Assembly: GCF_000298275.1 (NCBI RefSeq)
Contig: NW_006922148.1
Location: 1,228,987-1,252,044 of the forward strand
Reading direction: 5' to 3'
DNA length: 23,058 bases
Source of the DNA: Orycteropus afer
Taxonomy: Eukaryota
Shown: piece by piece, positions 1 to 10,056 of the stretch
How the letters are laid out: every line of letters begins with the position of its first letter
Numbering within the stretch: the stretch's first letter is position 1
The notes under the pieces: model-generated
Seen by the model: the letters and a program-made list of their open reading frames with translations, nothing else
What the model was told of the DNA's origin: nothing
The model's database searches: none
Position numbers and translations under genes: made by a program

Positions 1-140
1 ACCAGAAGGCTGGCAGTTCAAACCCACCAGCCACTCCTCAGAAAGAAGGTTGGGCAATCTACTTCTGTAGTGATACTGCCTCAGAAACCCAAGGATGGGT
101 TGCTATGAGTTGGGTCCGACTCGACGGCACATAACAACAA
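1..140 (+). mobile_element. AfroSINE-type tRNA-derived SINE (copy A). It is 5'-truncated by the window edge and carries the 3' tail '...GACTCGACGGCACATAACAACAA'.
   Basis: Near-identical to the other copies in the window (e.g. 8559-8741). Conserved core 'CCAGAAGGCTGG.GTTCAAACCCACCAGCC...GGGCAATCTACTTC.GTAGTGATACTGCC...GCTATGAGT'. Confidence 0.85.
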
Positions 141-663
141 TATGATTTACAATTTTCTTTCCACGGCTAAACCAGTCCATTCTATCTTGCAATTGTCTTG
201 ATTTTTTCACCATTTAGAAGTTCTATAAGTGCATTACCCCCCACCCCTTTTTTGGTTTGTCGTTGTCTTCATTTGCAAATTTGTGGCTCTCTTCCCTGTT
301 TCCCATCTTTAAAGCTTATTTTACTTGGGATACTTTCATAACTGTGTTGATGTCTGGGTCATGTCATTATGTGTGTTAATGATCGGTTGTTGTTTGCTGT
401 TGTTGGTTCTCTGTCCAAAGGACACCCATTAGAATTTCTTGTAAGGTTGGTTTGGTTTTAATAAATTCCCTTAGTTTATGCTTATCTGGAAATGCCCTAC
501 TTTTACCATCATATTTGCAGGACAGTTTTGCTGCATATATAATTCATGGTTGAAAATTTTTACCTTCATGGTTTTTATATATAGCATCCCATTACCTTCT
601 TGCCTGCATGGTTTCTGCCCAGAAATCCAAGTTTAGTCTTATTACTTGCCCCTTGTAGGTAAC
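141..663 (-). mobile_element. LINE-1 / half-L1 (HAL1-like) fragment, paralog copy 1. It covers the ORF1 C-terminus to junction region and is a collinear paralog of 20700-21890 without the LTR and SINE insertions.
   Basis: Collinear block alignment with 20700-20729 + 21225-21267 + 21469-21890 by eye, e.g. 'TGTGTTAATG.TC..TTGTT..TTG.T.CTCTGTCCAA.GG...CCC.TTAG.AT.TCTT.TAAGGTTG.T.TGGTTTTAATAAAT.CC.T..TTT.TGCTTATCT..AAATG.CCTA.TTT.CC.CATCATATTTG'. The reverse-complement translation of the paralog matches the L1 ORF1p C-terminus. Confidence 0.6.
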
Positions 664-835
664 TGCCTAAGGCATTTGAATGCTAACCAGAAGGCTGGCG
701 GTTCAAACCCACCAGCCACTCCTCGGAAGGAAGATGGGGCAATCTACTTCCGTAGTGATACTGCCTTGGAAACCCAAGGACGGGTCGCTATGCGTCGGGT
801 CTGACTCGACGGCACCCAGCAACAACAGCAACAAC
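664..835 (+). mobile_element. AfroSINE-type SINE (copy B). It lacks ~20 nt of the 5' head and has a (CAA/CAG)n-like tail.
   Basis: Starts at 'TGCCTAAGGCATTTGAATGCTAACCAGAAGGCTGGCGGTTCAAACCCACCAGCC' and ends '...GACTCGACGGCACCCAGCAACAACAGCAACAAC'. Confidence 0.85.
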
Positions 836-1052
836 TCAGGTCCTAACACTTGTAAATATTCAAACTGTCTGTGCCATCAGGATAGCTGATAGTCTGCAGC
901 TCCGTTTGTGTCATTATTCACTGTTTTCATTCAGGTTTTTCTGCTAGTTGGTATTTAAAGTGGTTTTGTATGCTTCATTTCAATGCTCAGGTCTCCAGGA
1001 TTATCTTTTGTGTCTGTATCAACTGGTTTCTCTTTTTGTGTGTGTTGCATAG

Positions 1053-1579
1053 TGTGGTAGTTAAGTTTGTGTGTCAGCTTGGCTGGGCTTGGTTGAGTGG
1101 CTGGATGTAGAATTCCCCATGATGAGACTAGTAATCAACTCCATGGTGGAATCTACTGTGAGCAGCAGAGTAGCTGCCTTTGGGTCTGTGGTCTGCTTCC
1201 TATATATAAAGAAACAGCTTTGGGAATGGTTTCTCGCTTATAGAATGCTTCAACCCTCCATGTAGCTGTGTCGTTCTGCAGCCTGCCGTGTGGTTTGGTG
1301 ACATTGGAACTGTGCCTTTTTACTTGTCAACCTTGGGCTTGTTGGCCTCAGCAGCCAGCAGCTGTCTGAGTGTAGAAATGCTTCTAGCTCCAGTGGGCCT
1401 GGAGCAGGAGGCAGAGCTGAAGCCCAAGGCTGAGGGGCTTTCACACAGCCCCTAGAGGCTGGCACTTCGAACTCAGACTTCTAACTTCCCGAACTGTAAG
1501 AGAATAAATAAACTCATGTTTGTTAAGGCCATTTCATTTGTGGTATATTCTTGTCAAGTGGCACTAGGTAACCAGAACA
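1053..1579 (+). mobile_element. Solo MaLR-type LTR (ERVL-MaLR, MST/MLT-like) with TG...CA termini and a 5-bp TSD CATAG/TATAG.
   Basis: The 5' end 'TGTGGTAGTTAAGTTTGTGTGTCAGCTTGGCTGGGC' resembles MaLR LTR starts ('TGTGGCAGGTTAGAATTGTGTGTCAACTTGGCTAGGC', from memory). The 3' end has the MaLR-like architecture '...GAACTGTAAGAGAATAAATAAACTCATGTTTGTTAAGGCC...TGGTATATTCTTGTCAAG...AACCAGAACA'. The flanks are 'GCATAG|TGTGG' and 'AACA|TATAGGG'. Confidence 0.65.
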
Positions 1580-2860
1580 TATAGGGTCTGTGTAGCTTGT
1601 TTGTCTCTTCTTCCAGCTTACTGTATGTCACCTTGACTTTTTTTTTACAATGGTGGACTAATACAGTATTTACATTGACTTATTTCACTCACTGTAATGT
1701 CCTCCAAATTCATCCATGTTATGTGGTGATTTGCAGATTCTACATTATTCTTTAGGGTTGCATATTATTCCATTGTATGTATGTACCACAGTTTATCCAT
1801 TCCTCACTTGATAGACACTTGGGTTGTTTCCACCTCTTTGCTGTTGTGATTAGTCCTGTGGTAAATATGGGTGTGCATATATTTATTTGTGTCTTTTTTA
1901 CTTCTTTAGGATACATACTGAGTAATGGAATTGCTAGGTCAAATGGTATTTCTATTTCTAATTTTTTAAGGAATTGACATACTGATTCCAACAATGGTTG
2001 TATCATTTTATAGTCCCACCAGCAGTGTATGAAAATCTCAGTCTCTTCGCATCCTTGCCAGTATTTGTTATTTTCTTTCTTGTGAACTTTGCTATTAATG
2101 CTGGGATGAGATGATATCTCATGGTTGTTTTCATAGCATTTCTCTAATGGCTAATGATTGCAAACATTTCTTTGTGTGTTTGTTGCCTGCCTAAATATCT
2201 TTGGTGAAGTGTCTGGCTTCTGCCCATTTTTCCAACTGTATTGTCTCTTTGATGTTGAGGTGTTGGAGTTTTCTATAAATTTCAGAGATAAATCCCTTGT
2301 CAGGTACGTCATTGTCAGATATTTTTTCCCATTCTTTGTGTTCTCTTTTTACTCTTTTGGGGACGTTTTTTTGATGTACATAAGAACTTAAGTTTTATAA
2401 GGTCCCAATCATCTAGTTTATCTTCTGCTGTTTGTGCATTTTTGGTTATGCTTTGTAGTCTATATATGCCATAAATGAGGGCCCTGAAGATTGGCCCTGT
2501 TTTTTCTTTGATGAACTTTGTAGTTTCAGGTTTTAAATTTAAATCTTTGATTCATTTGGAGTTAGTTATTATGTGTGATGGGCGGTATCAATCTTCTTGC
2601 ATTTTTCTGCAAATGGATAACCAGTTTTGCTTTTTACCATTTGTGGGAGAGAGAGTATCTCTTCCCCATTTAATGGATTTCAGCCCTTTGTCAAAGATCA
2701 ACTGACCATAGGTGAATACATCTGTTTCTGGGTTCTCAATTCTATTCCATTGGTCTATGTGTCTGTTGTTGTACCAGGCTGTTTTGACAACGGTGGCTGT
2801 ATAGTAAGTTTTGTGATCTGGGAGTGTGATTCCTCCTACTTTGTTCCTCTTCTTCAGTAC

Positions 2861-3061
2861 AAAAAAAACCCAAAAAAAAACAAAAAACCAAACTCACTGC
2901 TGTTGAGTTGATTCTGACTCATAGTGACCTCTCCATAGGTCCCTGAGGTGGTATGGAAGTAGATTGCCCAGTCTTCCTTCTGAGGAGTGGCTGATGGGTT
3001 TGAACCGTCAGCCTTCTGGTTAGCAGTCAAATGCTTTAGACACTATGCCACCAGAGTTCCC
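2861..3061 (-). mobile_element. AfroSINE-type SINE (copy C) of the second tail subfamily (tail '...GACTCA..GGCAGTGAGTTTGGTTTTTT', with an A-run on the + strand at 2861-2885). It is nested in the L1 with the TSD TCTTCAGTA(C/G).
   Basis: The tRNA-like head 'GGGAACTCTGGTGGCATAGTGTCTAAAGCATTTGACTGCTAACCAGAAGGCTGACGGTTCAAACCCATCAGCC' is read on the minus strand. Flanks are 'CTTCTTCAGTAC|' and '|TTTTCTTCAGTAG'. Confidence 0.8.
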
Positions 3062-3436
3062 TTTTCTTCAGTAGTGCTTTGCTTATCTGGGGTCTCTTTC
3101 CTCTCCATTTAAAATTAGTGATTGACTTTTCCATGTCCTTAAAGAATTTTGATGGGATCTGGATTGGGATTGCATTGAATGTATAGATTGCTTTGGATAG
3201 TACTGACATTTTCACAATATTCACTCTTGCTATCCATGACCATGGTATGTTCTTCCATTTATGTACTCTCTTAGGGTTTCTTGAAGTCATGTTTTGTAGT
3301 TTTCTTTGAATGGGTCTTTTGTGTTCCTGGTTTGATTTATTCCCAACTATTTTATCTTTTTAGTAGGCATTGTAAATGGTATTGATTTCCTTTTCAGAGA
3401 CCTCTTTGCTGATGTAGAGGAATGCAACTGATTTTT

Positions 3437-3937
3437 TTTTTTAAATTTTTATTGTGATTTGGGTGAAAATTTCCAGAGCAAATTCATTTTCCATACAGCA
3501 GTTCACATACACTGTCTCATGACGTTGACTGCAATTTCACACAATGCAACAGGTCCCCTCTCACTTCCTCCCCATAGTTAGCTCTTTCCTGTTTCCTTCC
3601 CTCTCATGCACTCCTGTCCCCTGAGCTGTCTCCCTGTGCATACACAGCCCTCTATTCTCCCATGATTGATCTTTCCAAGGAGTGTATCTACCTAATGTAA
3701 ATGTTCAGCTCATGTGCCTGTCTTTTGTTTGGCTGGAAGCCACAGGAGTGTGTTTAGTTCTGGACCTGAAGGACATCTAGGGGCCATAGTCTAAGGGGTT
3801 CCATCAGGCTCTATCAGACCAGCAAACCTGGCCCCTGCCTTTTTTTTGTGTGTGTGGTTTTGAGTTTTGTTCCACATTGTTCTCTCACTCTATCCAGGAT
3901 CACCTATATAGATCCCCTTCCGAGTGGTTGACAGTGG
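3437..3937 (-). mobile_element. Polyadenylated retroposed insert of unknown identity (~500 bp). It has an AATAAA-like signal and an A-tail on the minus strand, and is flanked by a 16-bp TSD, AATGCAACTGATTTTT (3421-3436) and AATTCAACTAATTTTT (3938-3953), inside the L1.
   Basis: L1 antisense homology stops at 3436 and resumes at ~3938. The direct repeats match 14/16. The + strand begins with T11 then 'AAATTTTTATTG', so the minus-strand insert ends in 'CAATAAAAATTT' followed by A(n). Confidence 0.55.
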
Positions 3938-4077
3938 AATTCAACTAATTTTTGTATGTTGTTCTTGTATCCTGTCAGTATGCAAAATCTCACAATAAGT
4001 CCAGTAATTTTTTTGCTAAGTCTCTTGGGTTTTCTATATATTGGGTCATATTATCTGCAACTAGGGATATTTTTCCA

Positions 4078-5600
4078 TCTTCTTTTGATGCTTCTTGCAT
4101 TGTTCAATATTTTGCCCATAGAATCCTTCAGGATTGCAACTCAAGGCTTTAATATTTTCTTCTGGTCTTTCAGCTTGAGAAATGCCAAGTATATTCTTTC
4201 CTTTTGATTTTATAACTCCAGGTCTTTGGACATTTCATTATAATATTTTACTTTGTCTTCTTGTGGTGCCCATTGAAATCTTATGTTCAACTCTTTCACT
4301 TCATCTTTTTTCCATTTGCTTTAGCTACTCTTTGTTCCAGATCAAGTTTCAGAGTCTCTTCTAACATCCAGTTTGGTCTTTAATTCATTGCATGTCTTTT
4401 TAATGACCTTTTTGTTTCTTCATGTATGGTATCCTTGATGTCATCCAACAACTCCTGTGGCTTTGGTCATTAGTGTTGAGTGCATCAAATCTATAGTTCA
4501 GATAGTCTCTACGTTCAGGTAGGATATACTCAAAGTTGTACTTTGGCTCTTGTGGTTTTGTTTTAATATTCTTCAGCTTCAACTTCAGCTTGCATAGGAT
4601 CAATTGATGGTCTTTTCTGCAGTTTCCCTTGACCTTGTTCTGACTGATGATATTGAGCTTCTCCATTGTCTCTTTCCACAGATATTGTTGATATGATTCT
4701 TGTGTATTCCATCCAGTTATATCCACGTGCATTTTATATTGTTGAAAAGTGGTATCTGCAATAAGTAATTCATTAGTCTTGCAAAATTCTATCATGTGAT
4801 CTCCAGTATAGTTTTATATCGCCAACATCATATTTTCCAACAATTGATCCTCCTCCTTTGTTTCCAACTTTTGTGTTCTAATCACCAGTAATTATCAATA
4901 CATCTTGATTGAATGTTTGGTCAATTTCAGAGTTCGGAAGTTGGTACTTATCTTCAATTTTTTCATCTTTGGCTTTAGTGGTTGGTGAGTAAATTTGAAT
5001 AATAATTGTATTAACTGATTTTTCTTGTAGGCTGATGGATGTTGTCCTGTCATTGACACAATGTACTTTATGATAGATTATGAAATATTCTTTTTGACAA
5101 TGAATGTGATGCCATTCCTGTGCAGTTTTTCATTCCTGGCATAGTTGACCCTATGTTTGTATGATTCACATGGCTAGTGCCTGTCCATTTCACCTCACTA
5201 ATGCCTAGGATATTGATCTTTATGTGTTCCATTTCAGTTTTGATCACTTCCAGTTTTCTAAAATTCACGTTTTCTACATTCCATGACTCAGTTATTAATA
5301 GATGTTTGTAGCTATTTCTTCTCATTTTGAGTTGTCCCAGATCAGGAAGTGAAGATCTTGAAAGCTTTATTCTATCCACATCATTAAAGTCATCTCTACT
5401 TTGATAAGGAAGCTCTTACTCAGTTGTATTGTGAATACTTTGCAGCCTGAGGGGCTCATCTTCTGGTACTATATCTGGCAGTGTTCCATTGCTAGTTATA
5501 AAGGTTTCAGTAGCTTATTTTTTTCAGAGCTAAATCACTACTTCTGCTTGTTAGTATGTCTTAGTCTGGAAACTCTGCTGTAGTCTGCCCACTACAGGTG
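4078..5600 (-). mobile_element. RTE/BovB-type LINE, copy 3. It covers the 5' region (5'UTR, AP-endonuclease domain and the linker to the start of RT) and is degraded. It abuts the L1 at ~4078.
   Basis: The minus ORFs 5068..5379 ('VIKTEMEHIKINILGISEVKWTG') and 4400..4795 ('LLIADTTFQQYKMH...HQLILCKLKLKLKNIKTKPQEP') match the BovB endonuclease ('VVKQEMARVNIDILGISELKWTG', 'LVIANTLFQQHKRR...HELLIAKFRLKLKKVGK'). The nucleotide sequence is collinear with the reverse complement of RTE copy 2 (15440-17200). Confidence 0.8.
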
Positions 5601-6879
5601 ACCCTGCTGGTATTTGAAATACCAGTGGCATACTTTCCGGTATCACAGCAACATGCAAGTCAGCACAGTACAACAAACTGACAGATAAATGGTGGTGCAT
5701 ATTTGTATTTGGGAATATAAGTTATAAAATTTCTCCAAGGAATGAAAGTATGCTAAAATGGTATGGGAAATGGACAGACAAGTAGTGTGGTGGATGCTGC
5801 TGCAAGATCAAGTAAAGTAAAGACAGAATTATTGCTGAATTTAGCAATGAGATCATTGGTGATGTTGACCAATATCTTTTTTTGTGATTGACAGAGGTGC
5901 GAGCCTAATTAGGTTGAGTTTAAGAGTGAATGGAAGACAAGAGTTTTGAGACACAGGAGAAAATATGGGACAGTAGCAGAGAGGAAAGTGAGGTCAAGAA
6001 TGCTTTATTTTTCTTTTGAAGTGGGAGAAATAACAGCATGTGTATGTGCCAGTGGTAGTGCTCCATTGCAGGAGAGGAAAACTTCCCCATGAGAATGGGA
6101 ATTGCTAGAACTTCTTCCTCTTGTAGGCAAGAGGATGAGAACCAGTGCTCAGAAGCAGTGTCTGGCCTTGGCTGGGAGCTCACAGTTAGTTGGGACAGAA
6201 GGTATAGGTTATGGGGACATATGCAGGTAGGTGGCTACATTTGGTAGTATAGCTTGAAGAAATCTCAGTTTTCTAAAATTGAATTCTAAGATTTAACCTC
6301 ATCATTGCCTCCTAATCAATATTGAAGATTATGTTAAGCAACTCTAAAAATCTGTTAGGAAAATAATAACATCATGATTTTGATAAGCTTCATTGGGAAA
6401 TTAGGTTAATTTTAGTGATCCATTAAATTGGGGAAATGGGAGTAGGGTAGAGTGGGAAAGAGCATGTGATTTATGATATTTATTCCAGTTTGATAATAAC
6501 TGACCACCACTGTCTGGGCTGCTCTGTTCCATACCCATACCTCTGAGCTAGCTCAGGAGGATGTCATAAACATTGAGAAAACCTACATGTGGGCTGGTAG
6601 TCAATGTTTCATACCTTTGGAGGCATTTAGGAGCTGTAACAATAATTACAACTTCAATGAATCAGGCACTGAATTGAGTTTTTCACATGCAGTAACTCTG
6701 GGAGTTAAATGCTATTTTTACTCTACCTGTAAGTTGACAGTGACATTAAACAATATGATAGAGCATACTTTTGACCTCAAGTCATTTTGACTCTAGAGTT
6801 CTAGATCCTAATACTGTACCATAGTGCAACATGGTGTAAAACTTCCTGCCATTGAGTCAGTTCTGTAGGTGATATATAA

Positions 6880-7055
6880 CAGAGCATGGGGTTTGGAGTC
6901 AGAAAGACAGACAGGAGTCAGAGGAAAGACAGGAGTCAGAATCCTTGGTTTGTTCTTTTCTAGTGCTTTGACTTTGAGGAAGTTATTTAACTTCTTTGTG
7001 CCTCAGTTTCCAGATGTGCAAAATGGGAATAATCACCCATTGGTGTTGTGACTTT
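6880..7055 (+). mobile_element. MIR (ancient tRNA-derived SINE) fragment.
   Basis: The MIR core 'TGACTTTGAGGAAGTTATTTAACTTCTTTGTGCCTCAGTTTCCAGATGTGCAAAATGGGAATAAT' compares with the MIR consensus '...GACCTTGGGCAAGTTACTTAACCTCTCTGAGCCTCAGTTTCCTCATCTGTAAAATGGGGATAAT'. Confidence 0.7.
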
Positions 7056-8040
7056 TAGGTACCATGAATGCAATTAACTAGTAAATTTTTTGACATGTTG
7101 GAGATGCATAACAAATTATGAATACGTTACAAGAGGCATATGTCCTTTGAATTTTACAACTTGCCCCATATGATATTTCATTCCTGAAATGGCCTCTGCC
7201 ATGAGGAAGGTTGGCCCCAGAATAACTCATTTAGTAGAGAGTTTTTATTAATTTATGGTCAGACAGCTATCTTGTAGATTAATCTTGCATATCTGAGCAG
7301 AGGCTGAATAGAAAGGACCTCTCTGTGCTTGGCTCATGTATTTTAACTTTTCTTGGAATAAGTTTAATGTTTTTAGTTTATTATTTATATAATGATTTTT
7401 TCAAAATGTGGAAAATTAGATGTCAACATCTTATATTAGTTTATGTTCTAAATTCTAATAAAAATACTTCTATCATCATTACCTAAAATTACTTATTTAT
7501 TTGAGTGCCCAGTTATACATCATGAATATATAAGGAAAATCAAGCTGACAGAGCCTGGAACTCACATGCAAAGACAAACTTGTTAAGCAGAGACAGTAGG
7601 ATATCTACAGAGTAATATGAAGACGCTTACCTAAAATACGATTCAATGATAATCATACTCATGAAATACATGCCAAGAAAATATGTGCCAGAGGAGTTTG
7701 GTAGAGTTGTGTGAAACTGAGAGAGTTTTCTGTGCAACCAAAGAGTGAGCAAGATATCTTAGTAGCGCTTTGATCAGGACAAACAGAGCCCTGTGCCATT
7801 TCCAGTCTTGGTTTCTCCCCTTCTAGACTCTCATGGGGCCACACAGGTAGCTCAGAAACTTTCGGACTTGTACCTGTGGGGTTGTTTTGGGTAAGTCCCG
7901 ACCCTAGTTCTTGGGAAGTAATCTGTCAAGAACTCTCCCCCTAGCCATTGAAGCATTTGTTTGCAGGATTTTAAGAGACTGGATCTCCAAAAGGGTGCCA
8001 GCCTGCTGACTTGGGGTGCCTCGAATTGTTTATAAAGGCT

Positions 8041-8230
8041 TTGTTGTTGTTGTTGTTATGTGCCGTCGAGTCAGCCCCGACTCATAGCGACCCCTCCTTG
8101 AGTTTCCGAGGCATTATCACTACGGAAGTAGGATTGCCCAACCTTCCTTCCAAGGAGTGGCTGGTGGGTTTGAACCGCCAGCCTTCTGGTTAGCAGTCAA
8201 GTGCCTTAGGCACTATGCTACCAGAGCTCC
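8041..8230 (-). mobile_element. AfroSINE-type SINE (copy D), full length, with a 12-bp TSD TTT(A/G)TAAAGGCT.
   Basis: The sequence is '(TTG)n TTATGTGCCGTCGAGTCAGCCCCGACTCATAGCGACC...CACTATGCTACCAGAGCTCC'. Flanks are 'GTTTATAAAGGCT|' and '|TTTGTAAAGGCT'. Confidence 0.9.
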
Positions 8231-8558
8231 TTTGTAAAGGCTAGAGCCCCTAGAGCCCCTCAACACTTCCCTGGTGCCCTATACACCATAGCTTTTAGCA
8301 AATCCAATTGTGGACAACATTTTATAATAGGCCCCACCCCCACCCCATTTTGGTGTCTTTGGTGACTATAAATTGTTAAATATTTTTCCTTATTAGTACC
8401 ACTGTTTATTAAAAAATACCAAATATTTAAAAATTCCTGCTTTTTCTTGGTAAGGGAGTGATGTGATAAAACTATCCTTTTACAAAGATTAATAGGAAAG
8501 AAGACAGTAAGATAGAGTGGGATGGAAAAGGTTTTATTCAGGAGCTATCTAGGCAGGA

Positions 8559-8741
8559 GGGAGCTCTGGTAGCATAGTGCCTAAGGCACTTGACTGCTAA
8601 CCAGAAGGCTGGTGGTTCAAACCCACCAGCCACTCCTCGGAAGGAAGATGGGGCAATCTACTTCTGTAGTGATACTGCCTCGGAAACCCAAGGAGGGGTC
8701 TCTATGAGTTGGGTCCGACTTGACGGCACACAACAACAACA
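8559..8741 (+). mobile_element. AfroSINE-type SINE (copy E), full length. It is in inverted orientation relative to copy D, 330 bp away.
   Basis: 'GGGAGCTCTGGTAGCATAGTGCCTAAGGCACTTGACTGCTAACCAGAAGGCTGGTGGTTCAAACCCACCAGCCACTCC...GGTCTCTATGAGTTGGGTCCGACTTGACGGCACACAACAACAAC'. Confidence 0.9.
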
Positions 8742-9185
8742 TTTAGGTGGGAAGAATTGAAGACTTAGATTAGAAAAGCCACAAGAGAAGTAGGTAAAAC
8801 CAAAAAGACATCTCCAAGGAAGAGTACCAAGACATCATAGATTGAATATAAAGAGTATTCTGGAATAATATGACGCCCACATGCTATAAGAAGGCCTGAA
8901 AAAGGGATTTTTTCCTGGCCAGCTTAATAGTAGCTACAATGCTAACTAAGTTACACTGCTACCAAGTGACTCATCTTCAGTTAGGTGTGTATGAACTACC
9001 TAAACATGGAGACAGTGCATTTTCTCCTGTGACATGGACTCTGCATTGTTGTAGTATCTCTTCTAATATCTGAAGCCAGAGTTGGGAACTTGAGGGGCAT
9101 GATAAAAAGTCAAGGAATTTAAAACAAATGTGCATAAGAATTTTATTAGTAGATACATTATGAAGTATGGATTTTTCTTCTTCAG

Positions 9186-9317
9186 GTCATCGTGTTTCAA
9201 ACATACACAAATCAAAGTCATGTACCCATTGAGGCAAAATATATCTTTCCTCTGGATGATAAGGCTGCTGTGTGTGGCTTTGAAGCTTTCATCAATGACA
9301 AGCATATAGTAGGACAG
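9186..9317 (+). CDS. Internal coding exon (132 bp, phase 0) of a VIT-domain protein gene (VWA5A/ITIH/PARP4 family). It encodes VIVFQTYTNQSHVPIEAKYIFPLDDKAAVCGFEAFINDKHIVGQ.
   Basis: The acceptor is 'TTTTTCTTCTTCAG|GTC' and the donor is 'GGACAG|GTAAAG'. It is an open frame in unique (non-repeat) sequence. The motif 'FPLDDKAAVCGFEAFINDKHIVG' matches the VIT-domain consensus (human VWA5A 'FPMDEDSAVYSFEALVDGKKIVA', ITIH4 '...FSMIIDGMTYPGIIKEK', both from memory). Confidence 0.75.
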
Positions 9318-10056
9318 GTAAAGGAAGAAAATATATTGTGACTTCACTTTGTTTTTCCGTTTACCTAAAACTTCGTTATCTGAGTCTCCATAGCAGTGAG
9401 GTTGAGCCACAACCTAGTTGTAAAGCAAAGGTATTTTTGTACTTACACAATTAGTCTCCAGTCAGATATCCTCCCTGATTACCTCTTTATATCCCTGTTC
9501 ATCCAGGCTTTGTTGGTCAGTGTCTGGCAAATTTTATGCCTAGGCAATTCAGAGAAGAATGACTTCAATATCAAAAGTTTAAGAGGTACATTGGATAACT
9601 GGTGAAGCCCTTATTTACTTTTGCAAAAACTGATTCTCTTGAACCTGCTGTAAAGTTTAAACTGAAGTGAATTTAGAAAAATTATACCAAAAGAAATAAG
9701 TTGATTTATTCTTTGTTTATTCTAAACATTAGCCCCTAATTGTAATAACAATCTGTATTTTGTTAGATTTAAGATAAAATAAACTTAATTTAGTATTTTT
9801 TGTTCAAAATAAAGTCTCATTCAAACTTTTTTCCACTTTATAAATTCAAATATTTTGTTTCTAGTTTTAAGAGAATTTTCTTTAATTGTCCTTTTGGGTT
9901 TAAATTATTGATGATCACTTTCCATAAGCTTCCAGTTTGCTTAGACCCAGTATTAGTTTTTTGTTTTTGCCTAGGTTTCAGTAAACATGATGAAGTTTTC
10001 CTAATTAAAGTCTGAAGTCACCATATTATGACGGATGTAAGAACTATTTTTTCCAG

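Larger units (their letters stand above)
1638..4078 (-). mobile_element. LINE-1 3' portion, antisense on the + strand. It comprises a poly-A tail (seen as a T-run at 1638-1646), the 3'UTR and roughly the C-terminal two thirds of ORF2. It is 5'-truncated or fused at ~4078 and carries nested insertions at 2861-3061 and 3437-3937.
   Basis: Antisense L1 ORF2 signatures include 'TTCTGCCCATTTTTCCAACTG...TTGAGGTGTTGGAGTTTTCTATAAATTTCAGAGATAAATCCCTTGTCAG' and 'TCTATATATTGGGTCATATTATCTGCAACTAGGGATATTTTTCCATCTTCTTTT'. The minus ORF 3036..3290 translates to 'KWKNIPWSWIARVNIVKMSVLSKAIYTFNAIPIQIP', matching L1 ORF2p '[36 protein letters not shown]'. Confidence 0.85.

Noticed and set aside
680-889. ORF-track ORFs overlapping SINE copies (680..889+, 8011..8193+, 14663..15058- N-terminus 'MLLLLCAIESDPTHSDPSLGFRG', 16659..16946-, 17019..17225-).
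   Set aside because: These translations recur because they are read through AfroSINE sequence in one frame or the other. They have no splice sites and no conservation logic, and are repeat-derived spurious ORFs.
840-1040. Sequence between SINE B and the LTR, considered as a continuation of the half-L1 (the ORF1 N-terminal side).
   Set aside because: It does not align to the corresponding part of copy 2 (21890-22100), so half-L1 copy 1 is treated as truncated at ~663.
3956-4364. Plus-strand ORFs 3956..4207 and 4182..4364, and minus-strand ORFs 16541..16946, with similar peptides ('ESFRIATQGFNIFFWSF' / 'ESFNIATQGLHVFFSSF').
   Set aside because: They are antisense read-throughs of RTE copies 3 and 2. 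The similarity comes from the RTE nucleotide homology, not from a gene family.
5596-5640. A 19-bp perfect palindrome 'CTGGTATTTGAAATACCAG'.
   Set aside because: A short isolated palindrome in unique intronic DNA with no flanking TIRs or TSD. Its significance is indeterminate and probably chance.
8559-8640. tRNA-like A/B-box heads of the SINEs ('TGGTAGCATAGTGCC...GGTTCAAACCCACC'), which might be read as tRNA genes.
   Set aside because: Each is fused to a SINE body and tail and flanked by TSDs. They are SINE promoters, not cloverleaf-complete tRNA genes.
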